Under the pieces are notes generated by a model, which was not told the DNA's origin, ran no database searches, and saw only the letters and a program-made list of their open reading frames with translations. A stretch of 64,000 nt of DNA. Source: Camelus ferus (lineage: Eukaryota). Both the position numbers and the translations under genes were made by a program. The stretch lies in contig NC_045696.1 of assembly GCF_009834535.1 (NCBI RefSeq), positions 37,016,001 through 37,080,000 of the forward strand. Direction: 5' to 3'. Shown here one piece after another: positions 52,901-64,000 of the stretch; positions within the stretch are counted from its first letter, which is position 1; each line of letters begins with the position of its first letter.

Positions 52901-55109
52901 GTGATAGGGTAAGGTAAAGAAAAATTCTTTAGAGTTGAATATGTTAGGAGCTTAAGGAGTGAAATGAGTATAAAAAGGGTATTGGAGTGTCCTGCAACGG
53001 AGTGGAAGTACTAGGGACTCTCTGTAAGGTCTATGATGAAGGGACTAATGCCAGATACTTCAGTTGAGGATCTTGGAGAGGTTCTATAAAGCAGGTATGT
53101 AGCTAAATGTTGAGAATTCCAAAGATCGAGAAGAAATAAAAATCTGCAAGCAACAATGGAGAGCAAAGAGGATATCAATCTTGCTCTCAAATTTAAGATA
53201 AATGGCATATGAGAAAAAAAAAGTTTCTAATTGAAAGGGCTGCAGGAAATGGTACCTCATAGGGGAAAATGTCATTTAAGACACATGTGAAGGGAAAATT
53301 CAGAAATGAGTTTGAGAAGCTGTGATGTTTGATGAGTAGACATTCCAGAGAATAAAGTTGGGGTAGAGGCTGGGAGAGGAGCCTCGTCAGCTAAGCTCAC
53401 GGTTTGGACAGAGAAATGAAGAGCTCAGAGACTTGATGGGTGAGCAGAGAGGTTTTCGTTCTCATACTGACAGAAGCAAATAAGGATGATGTGACATTTG
53501 GTGGACTTCGTCTTGCTTGTGCCCGTATATCTGTGGACATTTTAAGGCCTGTGACAAAAGGTCATTGGCCTGGACAGCATGGGATCTGGGCATAATTGTT
53601 TTTATCCTTTCAAGTGGAGCAGAACACCTTAGTATAGTAAGAGCAGCTCTGTGCAGGCTTTCTCACTTCATTTTCTTCCTGCCAATAATTATGATTTTTT
53701 ACCCCTTTTATATCCTAGAAACCATCATTAGGGTTTCCTGGGCAAATGTGGGTTGAGTTGTAGAAAGTTTCCCAGAGAATCAGTGGACCTATGGGCCTCA
53801 TAATTTATCCTTAGAATTGTCATATTGTGACCTAACAACTGATGCTCATAAATATTAGAAAGAAAGTAAATCGTTTCTCAGAAAAATCCTAGTTTTCCAC
53901 GTCTGCAAGCCTTCCTCCTTTCTCTTTGTGTTTGGCTGCTGTGTTTGGCCTATTACACAGGCACTTCCGCCATCTAAGCTGGAATTGAATTGAGATACAC
54001 TGATTTGTTTTACTAATTGTTAGGTTGACAGCTAAAAAATAATGAAGCAAAGAATGCTAAAGAAAGTTGACTTTTACTCTGTATAAAATTGTATGTACAT
54101 TACCAGTTATTTATTGGCTAACATAGCATGTTGATTTTAGTAAAACCTTATAGGTAAGTCCATCTTGTTATGACTACCGTATTTGGGTTTTTTTTTGTTA
54201 TTAAAAATTAAGATTCTGACAAGAGTTTCAAGGATATTTCAGAGAGTGTTTATTTATTATAAAAATTTTAAACTTCTGAGCACAGACTTAAGAACTCAAG
54301 TGTAAGGGACTTGAACAAAAATTGACCCAGGCAATAAAGAAAAAATTTTGTTTTTAAAAATAATGTGCGAGAGTTTATTTTAAAAATGAAAATGAAGTTA
54401 TTTTTTTGCTTGCGAAATGAAAATACCTTTCTTATTGAAATGTGTGCAGGAGTGCAGAAAACTATAATGATAAAAATTAAATGACCTGTAATCCTATACC
54501 AAGACTTGTTGGTATTAATATTGAGGTGTACATATTTCAGGAATAGGTATGTGTATTATTTCTATAAGTTCACATTTTTATACATATAAGTGACCATATA
54601 TGCTGATGAATATCTAAATATATCTCTAAATGCATATTTTATATACACGTTTAAACTTAAATTATTCAAATGTAATTCAGCTTTTATATATGTATAGTGA
54701 CTGTGTCAGGTAAAATGCTTAATTTAGCAAATTTAGTTTTCTCTTTCCTTTGTCAAGTAATCTAATGACAGATATTAAAATCTTTCACAAAACATTTTTA
54801 CATTGTTTTGTAATCATGGACATTATGTGTAACACATTTCATTATTCAGTATTTTCCCTTGAATAATTCATTTTCCCCTATTCTGTAGCTGGTTATTTTG
54901 ATTAATTTCTATCTCATCAGAATGTTATTTTCAAGTGGTTATTTTAGAAATATTAAAGAGATGTTATTTTTTTCCTAAAGCTTCATATATAGGTAATTAT
55001 TTTCCATTGTCATCATACAAAAAAGTAAATCTTTTGGATTTTAAAATTTATGGGTGAGACAGTTTTTCAGCTGTATTCAAGAATTGTTCCATTCCTTCTA
55101 GCAATAATG

Positions 55110-55945
55110 CTTTTTATTTTTTATTGAAATATAGCTGTACAATATTATATATGTTACAGGTGAACAATATGGTGGTTCACAATTTTTAAAGGTTATACTT
55201 CACTATAGTTATTATAAAACATTGGCTATATTCCCTGTGTGTTCAATACATCCTTGTAGCTTATTTTATACATAATAATTTGTATTTCTTAATCCCCTAC
55301 CTTTATATTGCCCTTCGCCTCTTCCTTGTTCCCACTGGTAACCACTAGTTTGTTCTCTGTATCTGTGAGTCTGTTTCTTTTTTTGTTATATTTACTAGTT
55401 TGTTGTATTTTTTAGATTTCACAATTAAGTGATATTATATAGTATTTGTCTCTCTCTGTCTGACTTATTTCACTTAGCAGAGTACCCTCTAAGTCCATCT
55501 GTGTTGTTGCAGATGGCAAAATTTCATTCTTTTTTATGGCTGAGTAGTATTCCATTATGTATATATTCACCACACCTTCTTTATCTATTCATCTGTTGAT
55601 GGAAATTTAGCTTGCTTCCATACCTTCACAATTGTAAATATGTTGCCATGAACATTGGAGTGCATGTATCTTTTTGAATTAGTGTTTTTGTGTGGATTAT
55701 AATACATATACCCAGAAGTGGAATTGCTGGGTCAAATGGTAGTTCTATTTTTAGTTTTTTTAAAAAACTCCATATTGTTTCCACAGTGGCTGCATCAATT
55801 TACATTCCCACCAACTGAGTATGAGGGTTCCCTTTTCTCTGCATCCTCGCCAACATTTATTATTTGTGTCCTTTTTGATGATAGCCATTCTGACAGATGT
55901 GTCATGATGTCTTATTGTGGTTTTGATTTGCATTTCCCTTCTATC
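55110..55945 (-). mobile_element. L1 3' fragment (5'-truncated)
   Basis: ttattgaaatatag 3' end; ORF2 piece [28 protein letters not shown]. Confidence 0.92.
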
Positions 55946-56274
55946 ATTAATGTTAAATAATAAGTCTGAGGACAACCTCTTTTTCCTTTATAGGTGAAAT
56001 AACATTACTCTTTATAAGAAAAGTTGCAGAAATTTCAAAAAATACAGTTCACAAGGTTCTTTTTCCTGCCTCCCTCCCTCAGTCTCAACTCTAAGTTAAC
56101 AGAGAGCAACTATGACATATTCAGTGTGGACTCCTGGTCACAAAGAATCCATTGTTGACAACAACTCAACAGGGGGCACTAAAAGTGACCCTCCCATCCC
56201 ACCACTGAACTTCCCTTCCTTGAAGTTAAAAAACACAATATATGCAAAAATATGAGAAGATTATTATATCAGCT

Positions 56275-56742
56275 TGTGATATAAAGACTAAATTTAAAGA
56301 CCAATAACATATGCTACCTTCCTATATGGTCCAATTGAGAGGGCCTCAAATAACCTAACTGCAGCTTCTTCCTTCTCTGTTCTTACAGAAAGGTTCCCTA
56401 GCCAAACAGCCCTCCTTATTAAAAGGACTAAGCAGAGTACCTGCTTATCCCTGAGGAGTGGGTTTCTGTTCCCTGGCAGCCCGCTGAATTATTCAGACAA
56501 GCCAATCACATCCTCCTGTGGCAACCAGGGAGAACTTCTCTCTCTCAGTACTACAAAGCTTGCCTCCCACAGTTCCTCCGTTCCCAAGTGTAACCCCTGC
56601 ATCACTTGTGTGGTATTTGATGTCTTCCTCCTTGAGGGTTGTGAGGATACATGCTGTCAATTGGATCTTTCCAGGGTCAGGTGTAACCCCGGGGCAGGAA
56701 TCCCTCCCTCATCAGTGGGGTGAATAGGATGTGATTAAAACC
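56275..56742 (+). mobile_element. Solo LTR, older ERV
   Basis: TGT start, CCAAT box (agccaatcac), tactacaaagcttgcctccc TATA-like region, LTR-like end gtgattaaaac; no clear TSD. Confidence 0.65.
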
Positions 56743-56914
56743 TGGCCACTCTTATAATGCAAAATCGTTTTCAGGATTGACAACTTGTGAATCTCTTTTT
56801 TTTTTTTTTTTTGTTAGTTTTGAATGAAACACCATAATTTTCTCTGAATTCCTTTTGAATTATTTTTTGCACATCTTCTAATTTACCTTCTGTTCTAAAG
56901 TTTTCCTTCACTTA

Positions 56915-57255
56915 AATCTTTATTGAGCAACTATTTTATACTAGACATTTATCAAGGTGCTGATAAAACAGCAGTGAGTAAGAAAGGACAAAAACCATGT
57001 GCTTATAGAGCTTTTATGCTAGAGACAGACAATAACAGATGACAACAATGAAAAGTAAGTACGTAGCATGTGAGATAGCAATGAGTGGTATAGGGAAGGG
57101 AGATAAGCACTGTGGAGGTAGTAGCTACCAGTTACTAGAGCGATGTTAGATCACTGCTCTGGAAAAAGTGAAGAAAAAAAACACATGGATATCCCGGAAG
57201 AAGAATTCCAGGCAGAGGGAACAGCAAGTATGAAATCCTGGCTGTGAAAGAATCC
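56915..57255 (-). mobile_element. L2 3' relic
   Basis: tttattgagcaactatttt...aaaacagcagtgag...ttccaggcagagggaacagcaagt. Confidence 0.8.
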
Positions 57256-58014
57256 AGCTTTTCTTCTTGAGTCCATTAAATTCTTAGTTTGATCTCCAAT
57301 TTCTTTGCCTCAAATCTACATACATAAGTATAACCCTTTCTCACTACTATTAAATGTGTTTTCCTCCCCAAATGTGTGGATAGGTTCTTGACGTGACAGT
57401 AAATTTTTAAGGCTAGAGAAGTCTCTTTGTAAGTAAATTCATTCTATGCCCTTTCATCCCAGTACCCTCCCAAGGGGCAAGTATGTGTTCTATTCAGGCA
57501 TCTTACATATTTTAAATGCTTATTCATGGCTGTTTGATGAATGAGTAAGTGGATATTAAGTCAATTAATGAATAACTCCTTGTCTTTGCACAGTTGCTTA
57601 ATACACTTTATATAAAGCACACAGACTTTGGGGTTCCTAAAATATTCTTTGCACTCATTTACATGCCAACTCTTCCACTCTAATACAGGGGTTATGAAAA
57701 ACTCTGATTTCAGTCTAGTTAAATTTAGTTACTGACTCTGAAATCTATACTCATTGTGGTCGGGGATCTCTGAGTAAGCCTAAGTATTTAAAATCACCCT
57801 AAATTCAATTTCTTCTGTGTGATTTTGAGCAAGTCTCTTAAACTGTGGTACTTTGACTCTTATCTTAATATTACAAAATTTACACTTTCTTGTTACAATA
57901 TAGTAATGCATAGGAAATTACATTATATAAACGAGAAAAATAAAGTTAGCACTTATTACACCTTATACCTTATACTTTATGCCTATATAAATGTCCCAGA
58001 TTAATTTACCCCTG

Positions 58015-58619
58015 TGATGCAGGCGTGAGGAGGGCCTTGTCCCAGGCTTTGGTTGAGTGCCTGGGACGTGCCCCATCAAGTGTGGGTCCTTGGCTTCTGG
58101 CAGGAAAGAATTCGAGAGTGAGCCACAGTTGACTAAAGGTAGATTTATTTAGAGAGATACATTGAAAGGCAAGAGAAAGGCCACGAGGTGTGGGGGTTGG
58201 GTGCTCAGATTAAAAGTAGGTACACACTTAGGAGTGGGCCATCTCCGAAGAGGGAGAGAGAGGGGCAGCTGGGAGGTGCCATGTTGCCAGTTTTTATGGA
58301 CTTGGTGGCTTCATATGCTAATAAGTGGAAGGACCAGTCTAAGTAGCCTGGGGAAGAGGCTGGGATTCCCAGGAAGTTGGCCATTTCCCACTCTTTGACC
58401 TTCTGTGGCTAGTCTTGGGCCTGTTATGGGCCTGTGGGCATGTTATTCACCATGTTAATGTATTACAATGAGCATATAATGAAGCTCAAGATCTACTAGA
58501 AGTTAAATCTCCCATCATCCTGAGCCTCAAGGCCAACTGGGGGTTGAATCTTTCACCATTTTGATGTTAGTTGCTGTAGCATTCCTTGAATAGCTGTGCC
58601 CTGCCCACTTCCAGTCTCA
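58015..58619 (-). mobile_element. Solo LTR, ERV1-type, 605 bp
   Basis: TG...CA ends, perfect 4-bp TSD CCTG (58011-58014 and 58620-58623), minus-strand AATAAA near 58144. Confidence 0.9.
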
Positions 58620-59656
58620 CCTGGAGGAAATTATACAGAGCATAAAAATGTGAGAGAGTGAAAAGGGTTTGATTATGTATATATTTTCAAGTGGAGAGAA
58701 GGAAAGATGAGAATTTTATACCTGTATATTTTCTCAGTAAGTTGGAAGAAATATTCACTTGTTGATATATTCACTTGTAGGGGCATGCTGGGATTTGAAA
58801 CTATAATGGTGAGGAAAACAGTTAGAAAATGTGCTGTAGGAAGTTCAAAAGTGCAAGAGTAATAAATAAACTGAAAAAGAACAATCATGAGGAGGTAAAA
58901 GTGTTAAAAAATTATAATTTCTTGAGAATATAGAAAAAAAATCCTTGACAGTCTTCCCAAGAATATAGTTCAAAATCCCAGTAGTCCATGAATGTCGGTT
59001 TTAAAGTCTTCTCTGCAAACTGTGGCACCATAAATAGAAACTAATTCTTACGGATTAATCTAAATTTCTCTGTAGTACAAAGTTGTTTGATGCAAAATGC
59101 CTTTTTTTAACAGATTATAGGAAACCACAACCTTATAAGTTAGCCTAGCTAATGGAAAACAAATCAGTTTAAAATGCCCATCAAATAAGTTAACTGTTAC
59201 TTCATGCCAGTACTTCAGGTAATTGATGTGCTACCACCTTACAGAAGTTGCTTTTGCTTCCCCCATTCATCCTCACTCCAGCTTATTTTCCCATTACCTG
59301 CATCTATAAGTGTCAAATTAGACTGTACTTGGGAACTTATTCCTGTTTTTACTGAAATATATTTAAACACCCTAAAACAAGGTGGGGCTTGGTGTTAGAT
59401 AACAATATTATGTGTGTATTATTACATAAGCTTGTTTTCCTAAGATTTTCTGGATAACTTACTGATCCTTAAAGTTTTGGAAACCCCACTGTGTTCTACA
59501 CAGTGGCATGTTCTCCTGGTTTATCTCTATTATTTGAGTTTATTAACTATCACCTTTTTTCTGACTTCTTCTGTTTGTATGTAAATTCACTTTATATTAC
59601 CTATTGTCTTCACAAAACTTGTTTCCTCTGACCAACATGTATTCTTGAACTTAAAG

Positions 59657-59854
59657 ACAGGTTACCAGATCAAATATAGGATACTCAGTTAAATTTGAAT
59701 TTTAAAATTTAAGTATGTCCCAATTATTTTGTGGACATATGTATGCTGTAAGAAATGATTCTTTTCTCAATTTGAAATTCAAACTTGACTGGGTGTCCTG
59801 TTTGTATTTATTACTTGATTATTATTATTATTTTTTGACTAATCTGCAACCCTA
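59657..59854. mobile_element. MER53-like palindromic hAT MITE
   Basis: ggttaccagat...cagttaaatttgaattt...aagtatgtccca / ggacatat...aaattcaaacttgactgggtgtcctg...aatctgcaaccct. Confidence 0.85.
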
Positions 59855-60692
59855 GGAGAGAGAGGAACCAAACTGAGATTTAATAACTTTATAAATCATT
59901 TACAAATTAAAAAATTCAAATAAGAGAACACTCTTTTTAATGCAATGCTAATAAGATGTGCATGTGTAGACTAATTTATTTCTATTTTATTCTCAACATG
60001 TGTATTTCATTCAAGTAACTCTAAGATTGAACCTCCAAAACTGATGCTTTAATATTATGTAAGTAAAATATGAGGTTTGCTATCTTTTACTTTCGTAAAA
60101 TTTTCTATCTAACTGAAAGGAATGATATTGAAAACAGTTAATTTATATCATGATAAGTAAAGTAATCTTGAATTGGAAGCCTTAAGGAGCCACATTAATA
60201 TGAGGCGAAAATGAGTTAAAACTTCTAGAAAATGGGACTTCCACTTTTAGGTCATATGAACTAGTAAAGGAAAACATCATTCCCACTAAGAGGAACTTAA
60301 AAAGCCAAAACTTCTACATAAAAGTTACCTGCTTAGAGACATCAAAAAGCTATTTAAGCAGCATGGACCAGAAGGGCTAAAGTTCTGGGGAGAAGAGACT
60401 TATGGAAAGATGAGCTGAGTTCTATAGCTAGCTACCCTGGGCTCACTAACAATTACAAGAAAGTCATAGTTTGAATTTAATTGAAAACACAAGATTAGAG
60501 GATGGAAGTTCAAATTTTGGCCGATTAGATGACTAATGCTGGGCAAGAGAGAAAACAACAGAAATTTTGGTGATTACATGGGGCCAGAGAGATAAAATTT
60601 GCAGTTTATTAGCCTAAAATATTTTGAGACTTTCCCCTCAAGAAGTTACAGAGCTGAAAACTTTAAGTTGCACAGAGTTAAAATGTTAGGCA

Positions 60693-60949
60693 GTTTGAGA
60701 TTTGCAAATGTTAACCACTATACATAAAAACAGATATAAAACAAATTTCTTCTGTATAACAAGGGAACCATATTCAATATCTTGTAATAACCTTTGATGA
60801 AAAAGAATATGAAAACAAATATATGTGTGTGTGTGTGGGTATATGTGTGTGTGTATACACACACACATACACAACTGGGACATTATGGTATACACCAGAA
60901 GTTGACACATTGTAACTGACTATACTTCAATAAAAAAACAAACTTAAAA
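60693..60949 (+). mobile_element. Severely 5'-truncated young L1 3' end
   Basis: Perfect 13-bp TSD AAAATGTTAGGCA (60680-60692, 60950-60962), TT|AAAA target, AATAAA plus A tail. Confidence 0.92.
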
Positions 60950-62879
60950 AAAATGTTAGGCAAAAAGCCTCTGGAAATTAAAGGCTGTTATTCATTGTGT
61001 TTCTGCAAAACTATCATGACATTTTAATTGTGGCAACAGTCTAATATGTTTATTGCCTAGTTTATTGACCGCTTCACCTATTTTCTCTCAACTCCCTTTA
61101 ATCATTTGAGATCAAATTGCCATGATGATGCCTATCATCCTTAAATACTTAAGTATTTATTTTCTGTAAATAAGGGTGTTCTTCCACATAACCAAAGTAC
61201 AGCCACTGAAATCTGCAAGTTGGTATCAATATGTGATCCAATCAAGAATAATTCAGTCGTAAAGATATTAGGAAAGGCCATGGAAGGTAGCTGAGAATGT
61301 TAAGTTGGAAAGGAGAATGATTTCCCAGACTTCTGTGTCAGAATCTGAGGACTAGAAAGACATTTACAAATGATGACAATGCCTAATGCAGGGCAGCAAG
61401 CCCCAAAGCGAGGAAGGTTGTGTCTAGTTCAAGAGACAGCATAGTGTATGGAGGTCAGAGTTTGAGCAGAGTCAGAAAGTCTTCTGCATGACATAGTAGC
61501 CTGGCAGAAGATGGCATGGTCAGACAGGAAAAGTGTTATATCCACCAGGGGCCAACGGTAAGGGACAAGCTAGTTATTATATGTGATTGAGGTGAGAAGG
61601 TTACTCACATGACAGAGGGCAGACTGTTGTAGAGAGTCAAAGACAGAGCAAGGTGAAAGGATTAGCCCACAGGACTGGATGTTAGAGTTCAAGTGGAATA
61701 AGGAAGATGTCCCCAAAGAGCAGAAGCCTAAGGGGAGGTGTCGGCTTTGTGGTTTATTTTACAATTTGGCTGAAATCATGAAATATGAGTGAGTTTGAGT
61801 CTCTCCCTTGTTTTTAAGTTTGATATTTTATACTGTGCTTTGTTTCTATAGATTTATTTCACTTGGTTTGAGGTAAATCAATAGTTAGGTTCTTATCATT
61901 TTTACAAGGCAGATTATAAATTTCTATGTACTTCATAATCTAAATATTTTTGATTTAGTAATTTTGAAAAATATTTTAAATTTATTTCAGAAATATGTAA
62001 TGTGCATTTCTGTGAGAAAAGGTTCTATGATTGATCATGTGTAATACTTTGAAAATTTGACTGATCGATAAAATGATAAGAACTTGAGAGTGCAGACTCA
62101 TAATTATTTTAATCACGTAGCCCCCAAAATGGATTACAAATTGCAGTCCTTATGGGAGATATATAAATAACATATTTCCTTGTATAAAACTGATCATAAT
62201 TATGTATTTTTTATTTTGAGAAATATTAAATAATTAAAAAAATCAAAGATAACTGAATATTATAAACTAGAAGAAACCAGATGATCGTCATTGCATTTAT
62301 AGAATGCAATCTGTAAATTTCCTTCATTCCTTCAGCACAGATATAGAACAGAAACTTAAACACTTCTAAAACAGACTCGTATCTAGTAACCAATGTCTAT
62401 TATATCATTTATTTCTATTTGACTATGTGGGTATTTCAGAAGATCAATGCCAACTCTTAGCTCAGTTAATTAATATGCCACATTAATTTCCTAATTCAGA
62501 ATAAAGTGTTACAGATGGTGTTATAAATGCATCCAAATCTTTAAAACTCTGACAATTAAAAGAAGTATGTGATACTTTCAGTATTTTCAGTTAGTTGAAA
62601 ATAACAATCACTTATGTATCTTTCTTTCACATAAGAAGATTAATATTTTTTAAGTAACAAGGAATTTATTCAGATTAAAATGAAAATATAAAGTGCTTGG
62701 AAATGTTTATGAAGAATTATTCATAGGTACTTCAAATGCCAAGTTTATATTTATGCACATTTAATCATAATATATTCAGGAAAAACAAAATCAAGGAAAT
62801 CATTTTTAAAGTGAGAGATTTCTTTAAAAATAAGTACTGTGAGAATATAGCAAAAAAAATTACTAAAGACTCATATTTT

Positions 62880-63675
62880 GGCAGGGAAACAGCGACATAA
62901 GAGATGGAAACAAGGAACCCGATGGGTCTCCATGGGAAGAATTTCTGCTAACATCCAATGTGAATTTATAGCCTAAAAAAGACACTGGGCTGAGTTAATA
63001 TGAAGTGATTAAAAATACATAAAACTTACATTTATATAGCCCGTAGAAAGAATCCTAACATAAACCCAGAACCAAAAAGTATGAAAAGTACAGAAAAGGC
63101 TATAAATACATATGGGGCATGGGAAAAAATTCTCACATATGTGTAATATATGTAATGGGAATCTTAGAAGGAGAACAGAGAGAGATAACAAGACAAAATA
63201 AATATATATAGAAATATTAGGTGAAGATTTTCATATGCTGGTTGAATGCATCAAATTAGTGGCTCAGTAAGTTTTTTAAACCTCAAGCAGGACAAATGTA
63301 ATGCAGACCACTTACAGGTTCATCATAGTCAAACTGCTGATAAAAAAACAAAAACAAAAGCTTAAAAACTGTTGAAGAAAAATCAATATTAGATTAGATA
63401 GTGCTGGGGAAAAAAATCTGCTAGCCTAGAATACTATACCTAGTAAATATGTTTTTCTTAAATAAAGGTAAAGTATTACCATTTTCAGAAAAAAGAAAAC
63501 TAAAAGAGGTATGTATTAAGGGACTATTAGAGTTCTGGAAGAAAGATGATTCCAGGTAAATCTATAGGAAATATGTGAAAGAACGGCAAAGGAGCACTGA
63601 GATACAGTGACTTTTTAAGTAAATGATGATAAGTCTTATGGAGTTTAAGACATATGTGGAAATGAAATACACAGC
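62880..63675 (+). mobile_element. Old LINE-1 ORF1 relic
   Basis: gtaatgggaatcttagaaggagaacagagag, catcatagtcaaactgctga, cctagaatactatacctagtaaa correspond to ORF1 IGVPEGEE, HIIVKL, PRILYP. Confidence 0.75.
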
Positions 63676-63678
63676 AAT

Positions 63679-64000
63679 TGTTTAGGGGGTTCCTATGACC
63701 ACCCACATCTACAGTAATTCACTAGATGTAGTCACGAACTCAGCATAATTGGCCCCATGGCTTAGATTTATATCAGAGTCACAGCAGCATTGTAACGCAG
63801 TAACACCGTAACATCAGAGACACAGCTGGTTCAGTAAAAGAAAAAGATGTAAGCGGAGTCTGGAGCAGTCCATGTGCAGGGTTCCTACTTCCTTCCGTGA
63901 GAGATCACACAGTGTGCCATCCCTATAGCAGAGAAAATAGAGCATTCCGGTTTGGTTCAGCATTTCAGCCCAGGGAGGTCCGTCTGAGATTCAGGGTTTA
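63679..64000 (-). mobile_element. MER21-like LTR, runs off the window
   Basis: tgtttagggggttcctatgaccaccc...aattcactaga...actcagcata...catggcttagatttat resembles the MER21 terminus as I recall it. Confidence 0.7.

Noticed and set aside
1..64000. CRISPR array, operon or other prokaryotic system
   Set aside because: No repeat-spacer structure or dense coding; the DNA is mammalian and repeat-rich

Overview
AT-rich, repeat-dense mammalian genomic DNA, most likely from a camelid (a TSD-flanked tRNA-derived SINE matching the camelid Vic-1 type lies at 32.3-32.5 kb). I find no intact host protein-coding gene. All long ORFs in the track are LINE-1 ORF1/ORF2 pieces or their antisense shadows. The window holds a young, nearly full-length but inactivated L1 (7.3-13.0 kb), several older or rearranged L1s, solo LTRs (two with 4-bp TSDs), MaLR LTRs, MER5A and MER53 DNA transposons, L2/MIR relics and a 100-N gap. 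The main feature missed by the ORF track is a heavily decayed class III (ERV-L-like) provirus body at about 26.4-30.3 kb. Manual translation gives collinear RT, RNase H, integrase and dUTPase-like motifs, then what looks like a gamma-type env remnant. Weaker leads are a small CpG-retaining promoter-like patch with MYB and CRE-like motifs (about 24 kb) and several splice-site-bounded candidate exons on the minus strand. I cannot support a claim of a new functional system. Repeat family names come from recalled consensus sequences, not a database search, and the boundaries of old elements are approximate.
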